From the NCBI RefSeq assembly GCF_006345805.1, contig NC_043006.1, forward strand, positions 30,938,001-31,002,000: a DNA stretch of 64,000 bases, given 5' to 3'. Origin of the DNA: Octopus sinensis (lineage: Eukaryota). Every line of letters starts with the position of its first letter. Within the stretch, counting starts at the first letter, position 1. Below the pieces are notes generated by a model. The model worked only from the letters and a program-made list of their open reading frames with translations. It was not told the DNA's origin and made no database searches. Positions 38,781 through 53,036 of the stretch are shown here, one piece after another. Made by a program: the position numbers and the translations under genes.

Positions 38781-40297
38781 TATGTGTGTGTGTGCATGCA
38801 TGCATATGTTTATTTCAATTTAATTGTTTTGTGTCTTGTCTGATTTCAGTTAAAGTGGGAGAGGGGTGGTGGTGGTGGTGGTGGTGGAGGAGGAGTGGGG
38901 TGCGGCAGTGGTGGAATGGTAATGATTAGGTACTATTCTAAATGAATAGTCTCTTGCTTTAGTCGATGCCATAGAAATAGATTGGCCTTCATTTAAATCT
39001 TCTTCATTCTCTCTTTCTCTCTCATCTGCTGTACAGTTATTGAGTTTTCAAGTCAAATTATGTAAAATTGTTCTTCTGTTACTTAAATATTAAAAAGTCT
39101 TGTATTAATCCTCTGCCCCCCGCACCATTCCATCCTGCCCCCATACCCCCACTCTCGCTTTACAGTTTCCAGTCTTGTTAACATTAGTGAAACAGCTGTT
39201 TAGCGTTGTGTTTATATGATGAACAGCTAAAAATAGTTATCTATTGTACTGTTTGTTAGGGTTGGGGCTGTAAGTAAAAATATGGTGGTGGCAACGGTGG
39301 TGGTTGTGTTTCTTGGTTGTGTGTCTCTATGTAAGTTAAGCAACTTTTTCTATCAATGAAAAGGAGTTAAATATTTTCCCAAAACAAGAAAATTGTAAAA
39401 AAAAAAAATTAAAAAAAAAAAAATATATATATTAATGAAAGGATATTTAGCCATTTGGGTCTTCTCTGGTTATAACATTGTTAATTAAGGCCTTTGCTAC
39501 ATATACTAATTGTCTTAGTTGTGGGGTCTTCTGACATAGGATCTTTATTACATTCAATACTTATGTAAAAAAGCACCTGTGCTGGTGTCACATAAAAAGC
39601 ACCCTGTACACTGTGTAAAGTGGTTGGCATTAAGAAGGGCATCCAGCCATAGAGCCCTTGTGAAAACAGGCAATTAGAGCCTAGTGCAGCTTGCCAGCTC
39701 CTGTCAAATCATCCAACACATGGTCAGCATGAAAAGTGGATGTTAAATGATGAGGATGAGAATGTGATAGGGTCCTCTAACATGCTTAGTCGTGGCCCTT
39801 TACAATAATTAGTTATGGGGTTTTCTCTAGCCCTTTGACATACCAATTAGCTTTTCTAACTGCAATATTGTCACTGTTTTAAGTTCTCAGATGCAAGAAT
39901 TTCAGATGTTGCCTTATCACCACAGAATTTATCTTGATAATTTTATTTAGCCCCAACACGTCCTAGTAACAGAAACATCCTATCTTCTAATGCATTGTCT
40001 AGACATAGACACAGTCTTCTCCAATCCTAACATGACCTATGGCAGGAATGCACACTCTTCTAATATTTTCTCTGGACTGGTGATTCTCAAATGATGCCCT
40101 GCAAGGAATATCTAGATATCCTCTACAGTTTATTTTTCAAATACAATTCAAGGCTTTACCAACTTCATACTAATGGTTAAACATCTTAAAAAACGTGTTA
40201 TAATAACTTTCTTACACATAATTATGATTAATAAAACATAGTAAACTGTGATTTTTTTCATGTTTCTCCAAGTTTTTAACTTTATACAAAGTTAAAA

Positions 40298-40550
40298 CAG
40301 TTCTATATTTAAGAGGAATTATGTACATTATTTACATTTGATGGATATTTATCCTCATCTTGTTTGTTGCTAACACAACATTTCGGTTCATGTACCATCT
40401 AGCCTTCATCAGGTGTCTTGGGGAAATTTCAAACCGGGGTTCTCATTCCCAATACACCTGATGAAGGCTGGAGAGTATATCAGCCAAAACATTGTGTAAA
40501 CAACAAACAAAATGAGGACAAATATCCATCAAATGTAAATAATGTAAATA
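40298..40550. mobile_element. Inverted pair of PLE terminal repeats, each carrying the hammerhead motif
   Basis: 40321-40416 is near reverse-complementary to 40453-40549, and both arms match 31285-31400. Hammerheads at 40373-40417(-) and 40453-40498(+). Confidence 0.85.
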
Positions 40551-40900
40551 CAAAGTTTTTTCTTTAAACTTTCCGTGCGGTGTGTGGCCAGTAATTTTTG
40601 GCTTAATCTCCAGCGTGTCCATCAAATCAAGAAGAATGTCACAAACTATTGGTTTCAAATTTTGGCGCAAGGCCAGACATTTTGGGGGAGGGGGAAAGTT
40701 GTTTACATTGATCCCAGGGCTTGACTGGAACTTATTTTATCAACCCCGAAAGGATGAAAGGCAAAGTCAACCTCAGCAGAATTTGAACTCAGAACATAAA
40801 GATGAATGAAATGCCAACGAGCATTTTGTCCTGTGTGACAGCTTGCGGCCTTCATGTCACAAATTATTGGATAGTAAAATGTTAAATTGTTACATTCGTG

Positions 40901-40931
<31 letters not shown>

Positions 40932-43211
40932 TGTGTGTGTGTGTGTGCCTTCCTCCGACTCCATCCGTCCTTCCCTCTACCTCAAAGAGATGAGTTACAA
41001 GAGACTTGTCTATCACAAGAGAATTCTATAAATTAGAAAGTGACTTGTAAAAAGGATGACACACACAAAAAAATATCTTGTGGGTGGGGAACAAGTTCAC
41101 TGCTTAAACAATGTCATTCTTGGACAATCATATTTCAGAATGTCAGTCTTCAACAGGCTTTGAAGAAAGGACGGCAACAGTATTTCAATTACTGATGCTT
41201 ACACACACATACAAAGAGATACATAAACACCCATACACACACACACACACATGCATAGTGTAGCCTGTGTCGGCAACAACAGACGACACATGTTGCTTAT
41301 GAAACAAAACAATTGAGTTAAAACAGCAAAGGATTTTGGCAATGGTGAATCTATTTTCTTAGGTGAGACACCAAAAGAGAACCGTGTTATGAAGAACTAG
41401 AAACAGGTATGGAAACTAGTGGTTCTTGCACTGAAAACTACATAACAATGGAACAGAACCGATTCCAGCAAGTGAATGGCTGGTGTTGATATTTATTAGG
41501 AGAAAATTCAATTGTATAACAGCAAAGATAGAATATCTACAGTGATGATATCATCAAGTAACACACACACACACGTGTGCATCTGTATGTATATATTTGT
41601 GTTTATGTGTCTATCATCATCATCATCATTATCATCGTTTAACGTCCGCTTTCCATGCTGGCAAACATATGTTGCTATGTGATTTGTATCATTTGCTATG
41701 ACTCTGGAGTTTGTGGTTGTCACACAGAACAGGCACAAAAAATGGGAGCAAAATATCTTATAGATGTTTCCTTAATAATAAATTATGATTAGTTATTTAG
41801 TGTAAAATATATAATGAAAGCATATTGCTGTCCCTTTGATGTTTACTTTTGTAAACAATCTAAAAATGTTTTGCATAAAGGTCACATGTTTCTAAAGATT
41901 TAGCCATATGTTTGGATCATGAAATTTAGGTAGGCGCAGGCGTGGCTGTGTGGTAAGAAGTTTACTTCCCAACCTCATGGTTCCGGGTTCAATTCCACTG
42001 TGTGGCACTTTATGCAAGTGTCTTAAACTATAACCTCAGACCAAGTAAATCCTTGTGAGTGGATTTGGTAGACAGAAACTGAAAGAAGCCATCGCACACG
42101 CACACACGCACGCATGCACACATGCACACATGCACATGCACATGCACACACATACACATGTGTGTGTGTGTTTGTCCCCTGCCACTGCTTGACAACCAGT
42201 GTTAGTGTCTTTACATCCATGTAACTTAGCAGTTCAGCAAAGAAACAAACAAAGAAAATAAACGATAGAATATGTACCAAGCTAAGAAAAATATAGGTGC
42301 TGACGTTGATCCGTTCAGCTAAAATTCTTCAAGGTGGTGCCCTAGCATGGTCGCAGTCTAATGACTGAATAAGTGAAAAAAAATTCTAATAATTTTTTTG
42401 TTGTTATTGAAACATGTAAATTGGTGTAAGTAAAAGCCTTATAAACGATCTCTCAAATTTTATTGCGTGTGTGTGTGTGTGATCTGGTGGTGTTTTGTTT
42501 GTGTCCCCATAAGTTAGCAGTTTGGCCCAATGACCCTATTAGTATAAGCATCAAACTTGATGATTCAAATAAGCCATTTCTTGAAATAAGAACTGGTCTA
42601 TTTCGATCATCAACTGAACTTTCCAGTGCCCCAGCATGGCCACAGTTGAAAGATTGAAATAAATAAAAGTAAGTAAAAGAACCAAAAAAAAAAAAAAACA
42701 AACCAAACAAATGTATTTGTGTTTATACTCAGTTTTTGAAGTGAACGCCCCCTAGCAGTTTGCCAAAGATGGATTAATAGGAATCCCCCTTTAGCATATT
42801 ATGGAATGATTAGCATAATATGTAGAAATGATGTGTGTCTGTCTGTCTGTCTCCCTCTCTCTTTCTATCGTAGTATTTTTTTTTTCTTGGTGTGTGTGTG
42901 TATCTCTCTTATCTAATCTATGTGGCTGTTTGCATGCATGCCTGCGCTCTCTTTTGTTGTACTGATGGTAAAACACTGGTCTACTTCATTCACATTTTGT
43001 TGTTGTTGCTGTTGTTGTTGTTTGCTCTGTAACTGCTGGCTCACTTTTATGAAATTGCTGACCTATTTCTGTGAATGGTTGCCTCATAACAACAACAAGA
43101 AGAGTGCTTCAGCAGCGGTGATGCTATCTAATCTGGATCTGCCAAGCAAATGATTAGAATGATGATAATGTGAGAAAGAGAGAGAGAGAGACACTTATGT
43201 ATATGCATGAA

Positions 43212-43280
<69 letters not shown>

Positions 43281-44109
43281 CCATAACCATTGTTTTAGCC
43301 ACCATTTTTCCATGCTTCCACAGATCAAACAGAATTTAATTTGGCAGATTTTCTGTGGGTGGATGCTCTTCCTGTTGTCAACCCTCATCTGTTTATAAAT
43401 TGGTTGATATTTCCTAATGTCCAGACATGTTTTCATGGAAGATGGGCAATAAACGACTCTTCTTGTGTAATGGTGATGCTTGCTTGCATCTATTACAGAA
43501 TGTCTAAACAAGCAAAACATACACACACACTATTTACTATCAGTCTTCTCTGGCGGAAAAAGCAGGAATAATTTATGCCAATTCAAACATTATGGTAATG
43601 TTGGCACAAATATTTTTTGATACCTGAAAAACCTTATTGTTGGCCAGTCAAGTATTTGGTGTCAGAAATAATGGGACATGTTTGTCAGGTAGATAGACTG
43701 AGGCTGTAAATAATGAAATGAGCTGTTTTGCTCACAGTCACAACAGTTTGTCAAATAAGATTAGTTACTAAGCCAGTAACATGGCAGCATATATCTAGAC
43801 ATATACACAAACGTGTCTGCAAGTATGTGTCTATGTACATCTGTTAGTGCCATGTGTTCATGTATACCTATTAATGCACACACACACACATATAAGAAAG
43901 CAGAATTCAAAACATGAGTCCTCTTTTACTCTTTTACTTGTTTCAGTCATTTGACTGTAGCCATGTTGGAGCATCGCCTTTAGTCGAGCAAATCGACCCC
44001 AGTACTTATTCTATTGGTCTCTTTTGCAGAACCGCTAAGTTACGAGAATGTAAACACCACCATCGGTTATCAAGCAGACACAGACACGCAAATATATGCA
44101 CACACATAC

Positions 44110-44170
<61 letters not shown>

Positions 44171-45589
44171 GCATATACATGCATTCACAAGGCTTTGGTC
44201 AGCCTGAAGCTATAGTAGAAAACACTTGCCCAAGGTGCCACGCAGTGGGACTGAACCCGGTACCATGTGGTTTGTAAGCAAGGCTACTTACCACACAGCC
44301 ACTCCTATGCCTATGCTAATTATATGTGTTTTATTAATAGTTAGAAGTAAAGTGATGAGTTGGCAGAATTGTTAGCATGCTGGGCAAAATGCAGGATTAT
44401 GTCTGTCATTATGTTTCAAGTTCAAATTCTGCTGAGGTCAACTTTGCCTTTTGAGGTTGATAAAAATTAAGTACCAGCTGTGTATTGGGGGGTTGATGTA
44501 ATTGGTTCACCTCATCTCTGAAATTGCTGGCCTTGTGCCAAAATTTGAAACCAACAATTAGCAAAAGCTACAGTGTGACTCAAGGGCCAAGAGCTTTGTG
44601 CATTGGTACCTATTACACATGTACACCTTTTAATACACATCCACCTTTGTGCATGTGTGCATGCATGCTTTTGTGTTATTGTTTATAAAAGCCTGAAAGT
44701 TTTTGTAGAAATATGAGTGCCAATGGTATGAGATGTGCTGCTTTCATCTTTGTGGTTCCAGTGGACAGAATGCACATCCACACATTTAAGGGAGCAAACA
44801 GATGCCTTTTTTTTTTAAAACTCCTGAGTTACATACAAATGTCTCTGTCACTGAGATCTTCCTGGATATGTATACCTAAGCATATTTACAACTGGTTCCA
44901 GGTCAATGGAACAGCTTGCTCGTGAAATTAATGTGCAAGTGGCTGAGTGCTCCACAGATATGGCATACCCTTGATGTAGTTCTCAGAGAGATTTGGCATT
45001 ACACAGAATGTGACAAGGCTGGTCCCTTTGAATTACAGGTACAACACATTCTTGCTAGCTGAATAGACTGGAGCAACATGAAATGAAGTGTCTTGCTCAA
45101 GGACACAGTGAGGCACCGGGAATTGAACTCACATCCTTACAATCAAGAGTCAAACACCCGAACCATTAACCACTCTTTTTCAGAGTGGTGTCATGAAACA
45201 ACACATTTGCTCTGCTACACACACACACCACACACACACCACACACACACACACACTCACACACTTGTGCATGTACAGAGTTATATAATACTTGTAAAGC
45301 TGTTTGCATTTCCTGTGATTCGTGTAAGTTTGATATCCATACGTTGTGCACCAACTGGCCTGCAGTTTTATTGATGCTGGTGTTGGTTGCTATGGTCACA
45401 AATGGTTCCTGATTAGATCATATTAGATTAAAAATCACTTCCATTGAAGACATCTCCAGATCAGCACTCGCTCACTTCTCCAAACACTGAAGCATTTACC
45501 AACGTTGACAAGCTTTCACTTTCATCCTTTTGTCTGCTTTGCTTGATTAATTTTTTTGTTGTGTTTTTCTATTGTTTGTGCTGAGGATT

Positions 45590-46020
45590 GCCAAGTGTGG
45601 GTGTGTGTGTGAGTGTGTTTCCCAATAACCTGATTTTGAGTTCAGTTCCACCACGTGGAACCATGAGCAAGTGCTGACTTTTATAGCCCTGGGTTGACCA
45701 AGGCCTCCTGAATGGATTTGATGGGTGGAAAGTAAAAGAATCCTGTTGTGTGTGGTGTGTGTGTGTGTTAGTGTTTTGTTGCCTTCACATTGTGTGATAG
45801 TTGTTAAGTTGTTAACAAATGTCATTGTCATGCAAGCTGTATCCTTCATTTCCAATCTTCTGTGAAAACATGTCTGGCCATGGGGCAAATATTACCTTAC
45901 TTAGAAAGAGGTGAGGGTTTGTAACAGGAAGGGTGTTCAACTGTAGAAAATCTGCCTCAAGAAAATTCCTCCTGAGCCATGCAAGCATGGGAAAATGCAC
46001 GTTAAACCAATGATGATGGT
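45590..46020 (+). mobile_element. Family A-head SINE with RTE-type tail
   Basis: Same architecture as 2977-3453; a partial reverse copy lies at 43283-43525. Confidence 0.7.
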
Positions 46021-46691
46021 TAGTCTGAAGAAGGAATTGGAGAGTTTTCAAGTCTTCCTGTTGCTAAAATAGTGAGATTTCTCCTGTTGATGGTTGAGGA
46101 GTGGCAACATTGGCAGAGAGGTTGAATTCCAGAAGCGAGTAGTTCCAACAATGGCATCTGTACCGGTGCCATACTGGTGCCACATATAAAGTGCTGGTGC
46201 CACATATAAAGCACCTGTGCAGGTAACACTTAGAAAGCACCCAATGCATTCTGTAAAGTGGTTGGCATTAAGAAGGGCATCCAGCCGTATAAACCATGTC
46301 AGAACAGATAATTGGTACCTGGTGCAGCTCTCCAGCCTTGCCATTTCCTGTCAAACTGTCCACCTCATGCCAGCACAGAAACTGGATGTAAAATGATGAT
46401 GATGATATGAAACAGTTTGAGAGCCACTGATATACCAAAAATGGGTTGCTCCATCATTGGTTTGGTGCTGATGGAGAAATGGTTATAATGGTTTGGTTTC
46501 AGTGAGAGTGTTGTGTTTTTGAGGAGGGCATTTAATTTTATATTGCCTTAGCTCACTTACATCTGGGGAATAGATACCAGGCTCTTTGGGAATATTCGCT
46601 GGAATTGATTGGTATCCTAACCCAGAGACAGATTTACCTCTCATCAGCTAAATTCTGTAAAACTGCTAAACATCAGCTCTTTAATGTTTAA

Positions 46692-46741
<50 letters not shown>

Positions 46742-47367
46742 GTTTGTTTCATTTACTTTTAATGACTATTTCATTAGCTTGGATTGTTGCCATTAATTAG
46801 CTGCTAATGAGGCTTGAAGTTCCTGAAGAGGATTGTCAGACATTATGATGAAGCAACTACAGCAACAACAATGACAACAACTAAATGTCATAGACCAAAG
46901 ATGGCAAACTTTGATAAAATTCTTTGGTGAGATTTCTTGATAATCTCTGACTAATGATGCTAGAACTTGGTCAGCATTGATAGTACTATCAATGGTTATG
47001 CTGGTGATGATGATGTTAGTAGAATTAGTAGCTGTATCATCCAATTAGTCAACCAATTAGTGTCACTGTGGTAAATGTTTTCCAAATGACACTTGGATGT
47101 TTTATAGTTATCAGATGAAAAATATTCCTGTTGAAATGTTCAGCAACTTAGCACCTCCACCTGTTGCCCACCCTGAGTCACACTCAACTCTACAAACCTA
47201 ACATGCGACATTCGTTGTAAGTTGTTTCGTTGCAGTTTATTACAAATTTAACAAAAATACTTTCTATATAAACACAGAAGAATATAAAAAACAAAAACAA
47301 AGTTGAGCCAACCATTGAGCAAAATGTCTAGCTGCGGATGCACAGAGATATAATGGGCTACTCATTC

Positions 47368-47432
<65 letters not shown>

Positions 47433-49818
47433 CTGGTGCCATGTAAAAAGCATCCAGTACACTCTGTAAAGTGATTGGTATTAGGAAGGGCATCCGAACA
47501 TGGTTAATGCCAGTGCCCCCTGACGGGCTCCCATGCCGGTGGCACGTAAAAAGTACCATTCAAACATGATCGATGCCAGGGCCCTCTGGCTGGCTCCTGT
47601 GCTGGCGGCATGTAAAAAGCACCCACTATACTCTCAGAGTAGTTGGCATTAGGAAAGGCCTCCACATCAGATTGGAGCCTGGTGCAGCCGCTGGCTTTCC
47701 AGACCTCAGTCAAACCATCCAACCCATGCCAGCATGGAAAACGGACGTTAAATGTTGATGATGAAGATGATGATGATGATGATCCGGCTGTAGAAACCAT
47801 GCCAAAATAGACAATTGGAAGCTGGCCATCTACTGTCAAACCATCCAGCTTATGCCAGCATGGAAAAAATATATGTTAAATGATGGCGATGATGATGATA
47901 TGTGTGAATCTATTTGTTTAGTTGTGTGTGTGTGTGTACTTTGCCATGCTAGTCAACATTATCAACTCACCCTACCGTATTACTGGTACAATATCTTACA
48001 CTATAGACACCAGTCTGCTATTTTACATCAGACTCTATCATGTGTCAAATTGCTTTGTTTACAGTTTGTTGTGTCAAACTACAAACCAACTCTATGTGGT
48101 CAGTCAGCTTGCTAGATATAGAGCTAAACCTCCCTCACAAAAAGGAAGAACTAGATGGTTCCTGATATACAAAAATATCAGGAATGCCTTTAATCTATTG
48201 AATCAGTGCTAAGCTATGGCTAAAAGAATTCTCACCCTACTGTTTTAAAAGAGAGGAAGAACACAGACAATATTGGTTCCTGATATACAAAAAGACTGGG
48301 TGGTCTTAACTGGAAATTCCTTTGATCCTGGGTCTGCTTGATCAAGGCTGACTTGGGGTTAAACTATAATAACATGGTCTAGTTCTCAAGTTCCACCACT
48401 ATATATGCAGTCACTAGATTGTATAGGAAGGGGGCATATCTACCCTCATCTCCCTTCTCACCCCCCTGTTTCACACAGATCACATAACACTTTGACACCA
48501 TGGTTAGGTAAACTGACAAAGTAAACAGTAACACCTGAGGAAACCTGTAATGATCTGTGTTTGACAATTAATGAGTTTAAACAGCTGGGTGTGATGCGGT
48601 AACATTGAATGAAGCAAATTGGCTAAAGAAGTATTTGTTGGAGATTTGAACCAGTGGCTGAACTATTCATTCCCATATCGGAAAGGTTATTTCATTTTTA
48701 CAGTGCAAAGCGATGGGCTTGAGACATGGATGTTATCGAGTTGGTTGTTTTGCATCATAAACAGTTACAGGAAATATGTCCTGTGACCTATTGGTTCTTC
48801 GGCCACTTAAGATCATCATCAGCATCACCATCGTTTAACATCTGTTTTCCATGCTGGCATGGGTTGAGCTGTTTGACTGAGGTCTGGAAAGCCAGTGGTT
48901 GCACCTGGCTCCAATCTGATCTACCAGTGCTTCTACAGTTGGATGCCCTTACTAATGCCAACCACTCTGAGAGTGTAGTGGGTGCTTTTTACGAGCCTGT
49001 CAGGCAGCACAGGCATATCTTATGTTGATTTATATCAAAGTGAAGCCAGCATATTCCGCTGGCTGGGTAGTGTCAGTGTGCATTTACGACAGAGTGTAAG
49101 TGATTTTACGTTCCACTGGCATGAGGGCCAGTCAGGCAGTACTGGCAACGACCAGGTTCAAAAGGTGTTTTTTATGTGCTACCTGTATGGGAACTAGTCC
49201 TGTGGCACTGGCAACGACAGCACTCGAATGTCGTTTTTCACATGCCAGTAAGGTGACACTAGCAACAATCATGCTCGAATGGTGCTTTTTATGTGCCATT
49301 GGCATAGGAGCCAATTAGTGGCCCTGGCAACGATCACACTGAGATGGTGCTTTTAATGTTCCACTGCTTGAGTACTCACATATTGAATCTAGTGCACAGA
49401 ACCATACACAAGTGCAAAGCTCTATCTACATGTGTACACACACAAACGCACACATTTATTGCAACAGATGTAATGATGGTGTTTGTGAGTCAGCCAATTT
49501 TTATGTAGGTGCTTGAGAAGTCTGGTTTTTGATTTCAAACTTGTTTTATTTATCTATACTTTCCATGAACTCTTCTATACCAACAAAGCAAAACATGTTC
49601 GAACATGAACTCTGAACATACCAGAAGTATTTAAAAGTGGTCAATTATAAGAGTTGCATAGGGTTTTTATCAAATAATGTTGTTGTTTAATGTAGTTGTG
49701 TAGAGTTGGATACCAGTGTTGTTGTGTAGCTCCACGTGAAGTGGGATGAAGTAGACCGAGGGTGTAGAGAGACTCCGTTGAGAAACTAGTCACAACAGAT
49801 CCAATTTTCCAGTTGTAT

Positions 49819-49849
<31 letters not shown>

Positions 49850-50023
49850 AACTGATGACTGTTACACTTTCTTGACATGCAGTGACAAATTGTATGTGAC
49901 AGAGGAGGGGGAAGTATTGTAACTGCCTGGGTATTATTCTCTCAACTGCCCAGTCCATCTATGTAGAGTGTGGTGGTGATGGAGGTGGATAAGGTAGAGA
50001 GAGTCTGAGTGCAATATTTGCCA

Positions 50024-50358
50024 TTGTGGTCAGTGGTGTGACTGATGTTGTGGTCAGTGTGGTGAGTGATATTGTGGTCTTGGGGGTGGCGACTGGCGTT
50101 ATGCTGCTCGGGGAGGGAGGGTGATTGATGTTGTGGTCAGCAGGTTGACTGACTTTGTAGTCAGGAGAATGACTGACATTGTGGTCAGCAGGGTGAGTGA
50201 CTTTGGGGTGTTTTATGTTGTGGTCAGTGAGGTGTTGGATGTTGTGGTCAGTGGGGTGTCAGATATTATGGTCAATGGGGTGACTGATGTGGTATGACTC
50301 TGATAAGCTGATGTTGTGGTCAGTGGGATGACTGATATGGTCAGTGGGGTGACAGGTG
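50024..50358. repeat. Degenerate 24-bp minisatellite, about 13 units
   Basis: Consensus approximately TTGTGGTCAGTGGGGTGACTGATG. Confidence 0.85.
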
Positions 50359-50722
50359 TTTGATGTTGCTATGAAGAGAGATGATTTAGTTTGATGGGTT
50401 CTGTTTTAAGTCTGTTGTTTTGGTGCCAGGTTTCTTGGTGATTGGTGTAAGGCTGGGGGTAGATGTAAAATGGATTTGGCGAATAATGGAGTGGGGCATA
50501 TCGATTGAAAAAAATGTGGGTAACAGCATGTAGTTCTGTGCTTAGGAAATTTTTAGTTTTGAAAGCGTGTTCTTGTCCATTTCAGATGACCATAACAACC
50601 TGAGCCAACATTAAAGGTTGGTGCTAATATAGTGTGTGGTGAGGTAAAATATTTTAGTTAATTAACATTACAGCCTAATTGAGGAGAATGGACCATTAAC
50701 TTAACAATCTAATGAAGTTAAA

Positions 50723-50760
<38 letters not shown>

Positions 50761-51492
50761 GGCTTTTGTTGTTGAAGCAATCCTGTATCGTCTTTGTTTT
50801 GTTCATTAGTTATGGTTGAGTATACTGGTGTGAATCTGTCCAAGGATTTGTATAGCATTTTAGATGTGCTGGTGGTGGGAGGGGACAGTGATGACAAAGA
50901 TTAGCCTTTCTGGAATTGTTGTGGGTGTGCAGAGGCAGAGGATGGGTCTGTGTGATGATTCTTCAAATGGGGTTTGTTATTTTACCCCTGTTCCAGATTC
51001 TGACAGTTTTGTGGGGTTGGTACAAGTTGTTATCGTAAAGCTCTATAGAATAATACATTATCATACAATACTATACAGCAAAAGAATGTTGTACAATAAT
51101 ATGATTTGAGAGAGATTTGGCTGCTATTATTAGCAAATTGAGTAAGCAGTAGAGGCTCCCTTCTTTGGCTCATGAATTGCTGTTGCAAAAATCGCCAAGT
51201 TGCCATTGAAGTTGACTAGCAAGGATAATGGTTTGTATGTTACAACCAAATATCTAAGCAAGATGGTTGACTCGGCTTCTGTTGGCATTTGTATTTTGTA
51301 TTTGGAGTCATGAAGCCTCAACAAGAAGAATGCCCAGCTGTAAAAATATTTGCTTAAACGACATCTGAAGGCCCAAATTTTCAAAATCCCACCTATTTGA
51401 GAGAGAGAGAGAGAGAGAACATTGAGTCACTGTTTATTAAATAAGTTCAAAGTAATGGTACCTTTGGATTTTCTCTGACAGTGAACTTGTCA

Positions 51493-51495
<3 letters not shown>

Positions 51496-51585
<90 letters not shown>
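51496..51585. repeat. Compound (TG)n(AG)n microsatellite, representative of dozens of CA, TA, GA, ATT, GAT and GTT tracts in the window
   Basis: Direct reading. Other examples at 1092-1118, 4217-4295, 8830-8871, 24883-24921, 43212-43278, 46695-46740 and 47371-47430. Confidence 0.95.
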
Positions 51586-51587
<2 letters not shown>

Positions 51588-52881
51588 AAGGTAAGTCGTC
51601 ATCTTGACACAGGCTGACTCCTCATTGAAACTTCTCTAAGATCGAAAATAGATAAGTGACAGCTACAAGAATTATCTAAAAGGAACATAGCATTAATATA
51701 ACTTTTGGCTTTCTGTTTATGTTCCTTTTTAACCTCCTCCTCCTCCTGTAGGAATCAGATATATCATCTCAAAATCCCATTACCCTCAGTTTTGAAGAAC
51801 AGTTTTATATATCAATCTATCATTTGTAGAAGAATGTCATTTTGTGTTTATTGAGTTAGTGTGGTAGTGTAACTTGCAGAAATACCAATTCCATTTTCTG
51901 GTAGACCTTTAACATTACTGAAATAACCATGAAATTCAATTTTGCAGTGATTGGCTAGTCACAGGAACCTGATTTCTTTTTTCCATGTTTATTTATGCAT
52001 TTTATCAAAATTTGCCTAAATTTTGCAAATCATTCAATCCTTGATAACATGGTAACCTACTTAAAATAATTAATTAGCTTAAGGTTAATATTCTGAACCA
52101 CTAATTACCTGGACAAGAATTCAAGCCTGTAAAGAATTACTGTATTGTGCAAGACTCGTTATCTCTATCTCCAGTGTCATGGATGAAGCGTTATCTCTAG
52201 GCAGGACTTGTATATCTGCAAAAGAAGATTTTAATATCTAATTATGCAACAACTAACTTCCTTATGCTAGCATGAAAAGGAAAATAGGGGGGCGGTAGTT
52301 TCCCTTTCCCTAATTCTGTTCTCATATTTTTTCTCAGCATTCTTACTCTTGTAGCAGTCATGCCTTTAGGTTTCAGAATCCATAGGAACATGTATATCTT
52401 TTTGTCATTTACTTTTTTTCAGTCATTAGACTGTGGCCATGCTGGGGCACCACGTTCAAGAATTTTAGGCAAGCCAAACTGACCCTTGTTCTTCTTTTTA
52501 TTTTAAGCTTGGTACTTATCTTACTGTTCTCTGTTGCTGAACCACTAAGTAATGGGGATGTAAACACACCAACACCATTTGTCAAGCAGTGGTGGGAGAC
52601 AGACACAAAAAGACATACACTCACACACCGATATATACCATCATCATCATCGTTTAACATTTGTTTTCTATGCTGGCATGGGTTGGATGGTTTGACTGAG
52701 GAGTGGTAAGCCAGTAGGCTGCACCAGTCTCCAGTCTGATCTGGCAATGTTTCTATAGCTGGATGCCCTTCCTAACATCAACCACTCCGAGAATGTAGTG
52801 GATGCTTTTTATGTGTCACTGGCACAGGAGCCAGTCAAGGGGCACTGGCATTGGCTACATTCAGATGGTGCTTTTTACATG

Positions 52882-52917
<36 letters not shown>

Positions 52918-52999
52918 AAATTTATAGAAAAACAAAGACGAAGACAGGTGTAGGAACAAGCAAGTGTATTAGCTTGATGCTCAGTTAAAAATGGAAAAG

Positions 53000-53036
53000 T
53001 TTTTTACGTTTCGAGCCTATGCTGTTCAACAGAAAA
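53000..53036 (-). ncRNA. Minimal hammerhead-like motif in a probable PLE fragment (about 52915-53160)
   Basis: The minus strand reads tttt-CTGTTGA-acagcataggctc-GAAACGTA-aaaa: GAAAC box, palindromic ACGT stem III, putative GUA site, stem I tttt/aaaa. The first box is a CUGUUGA variant. Confidence 0.55.
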
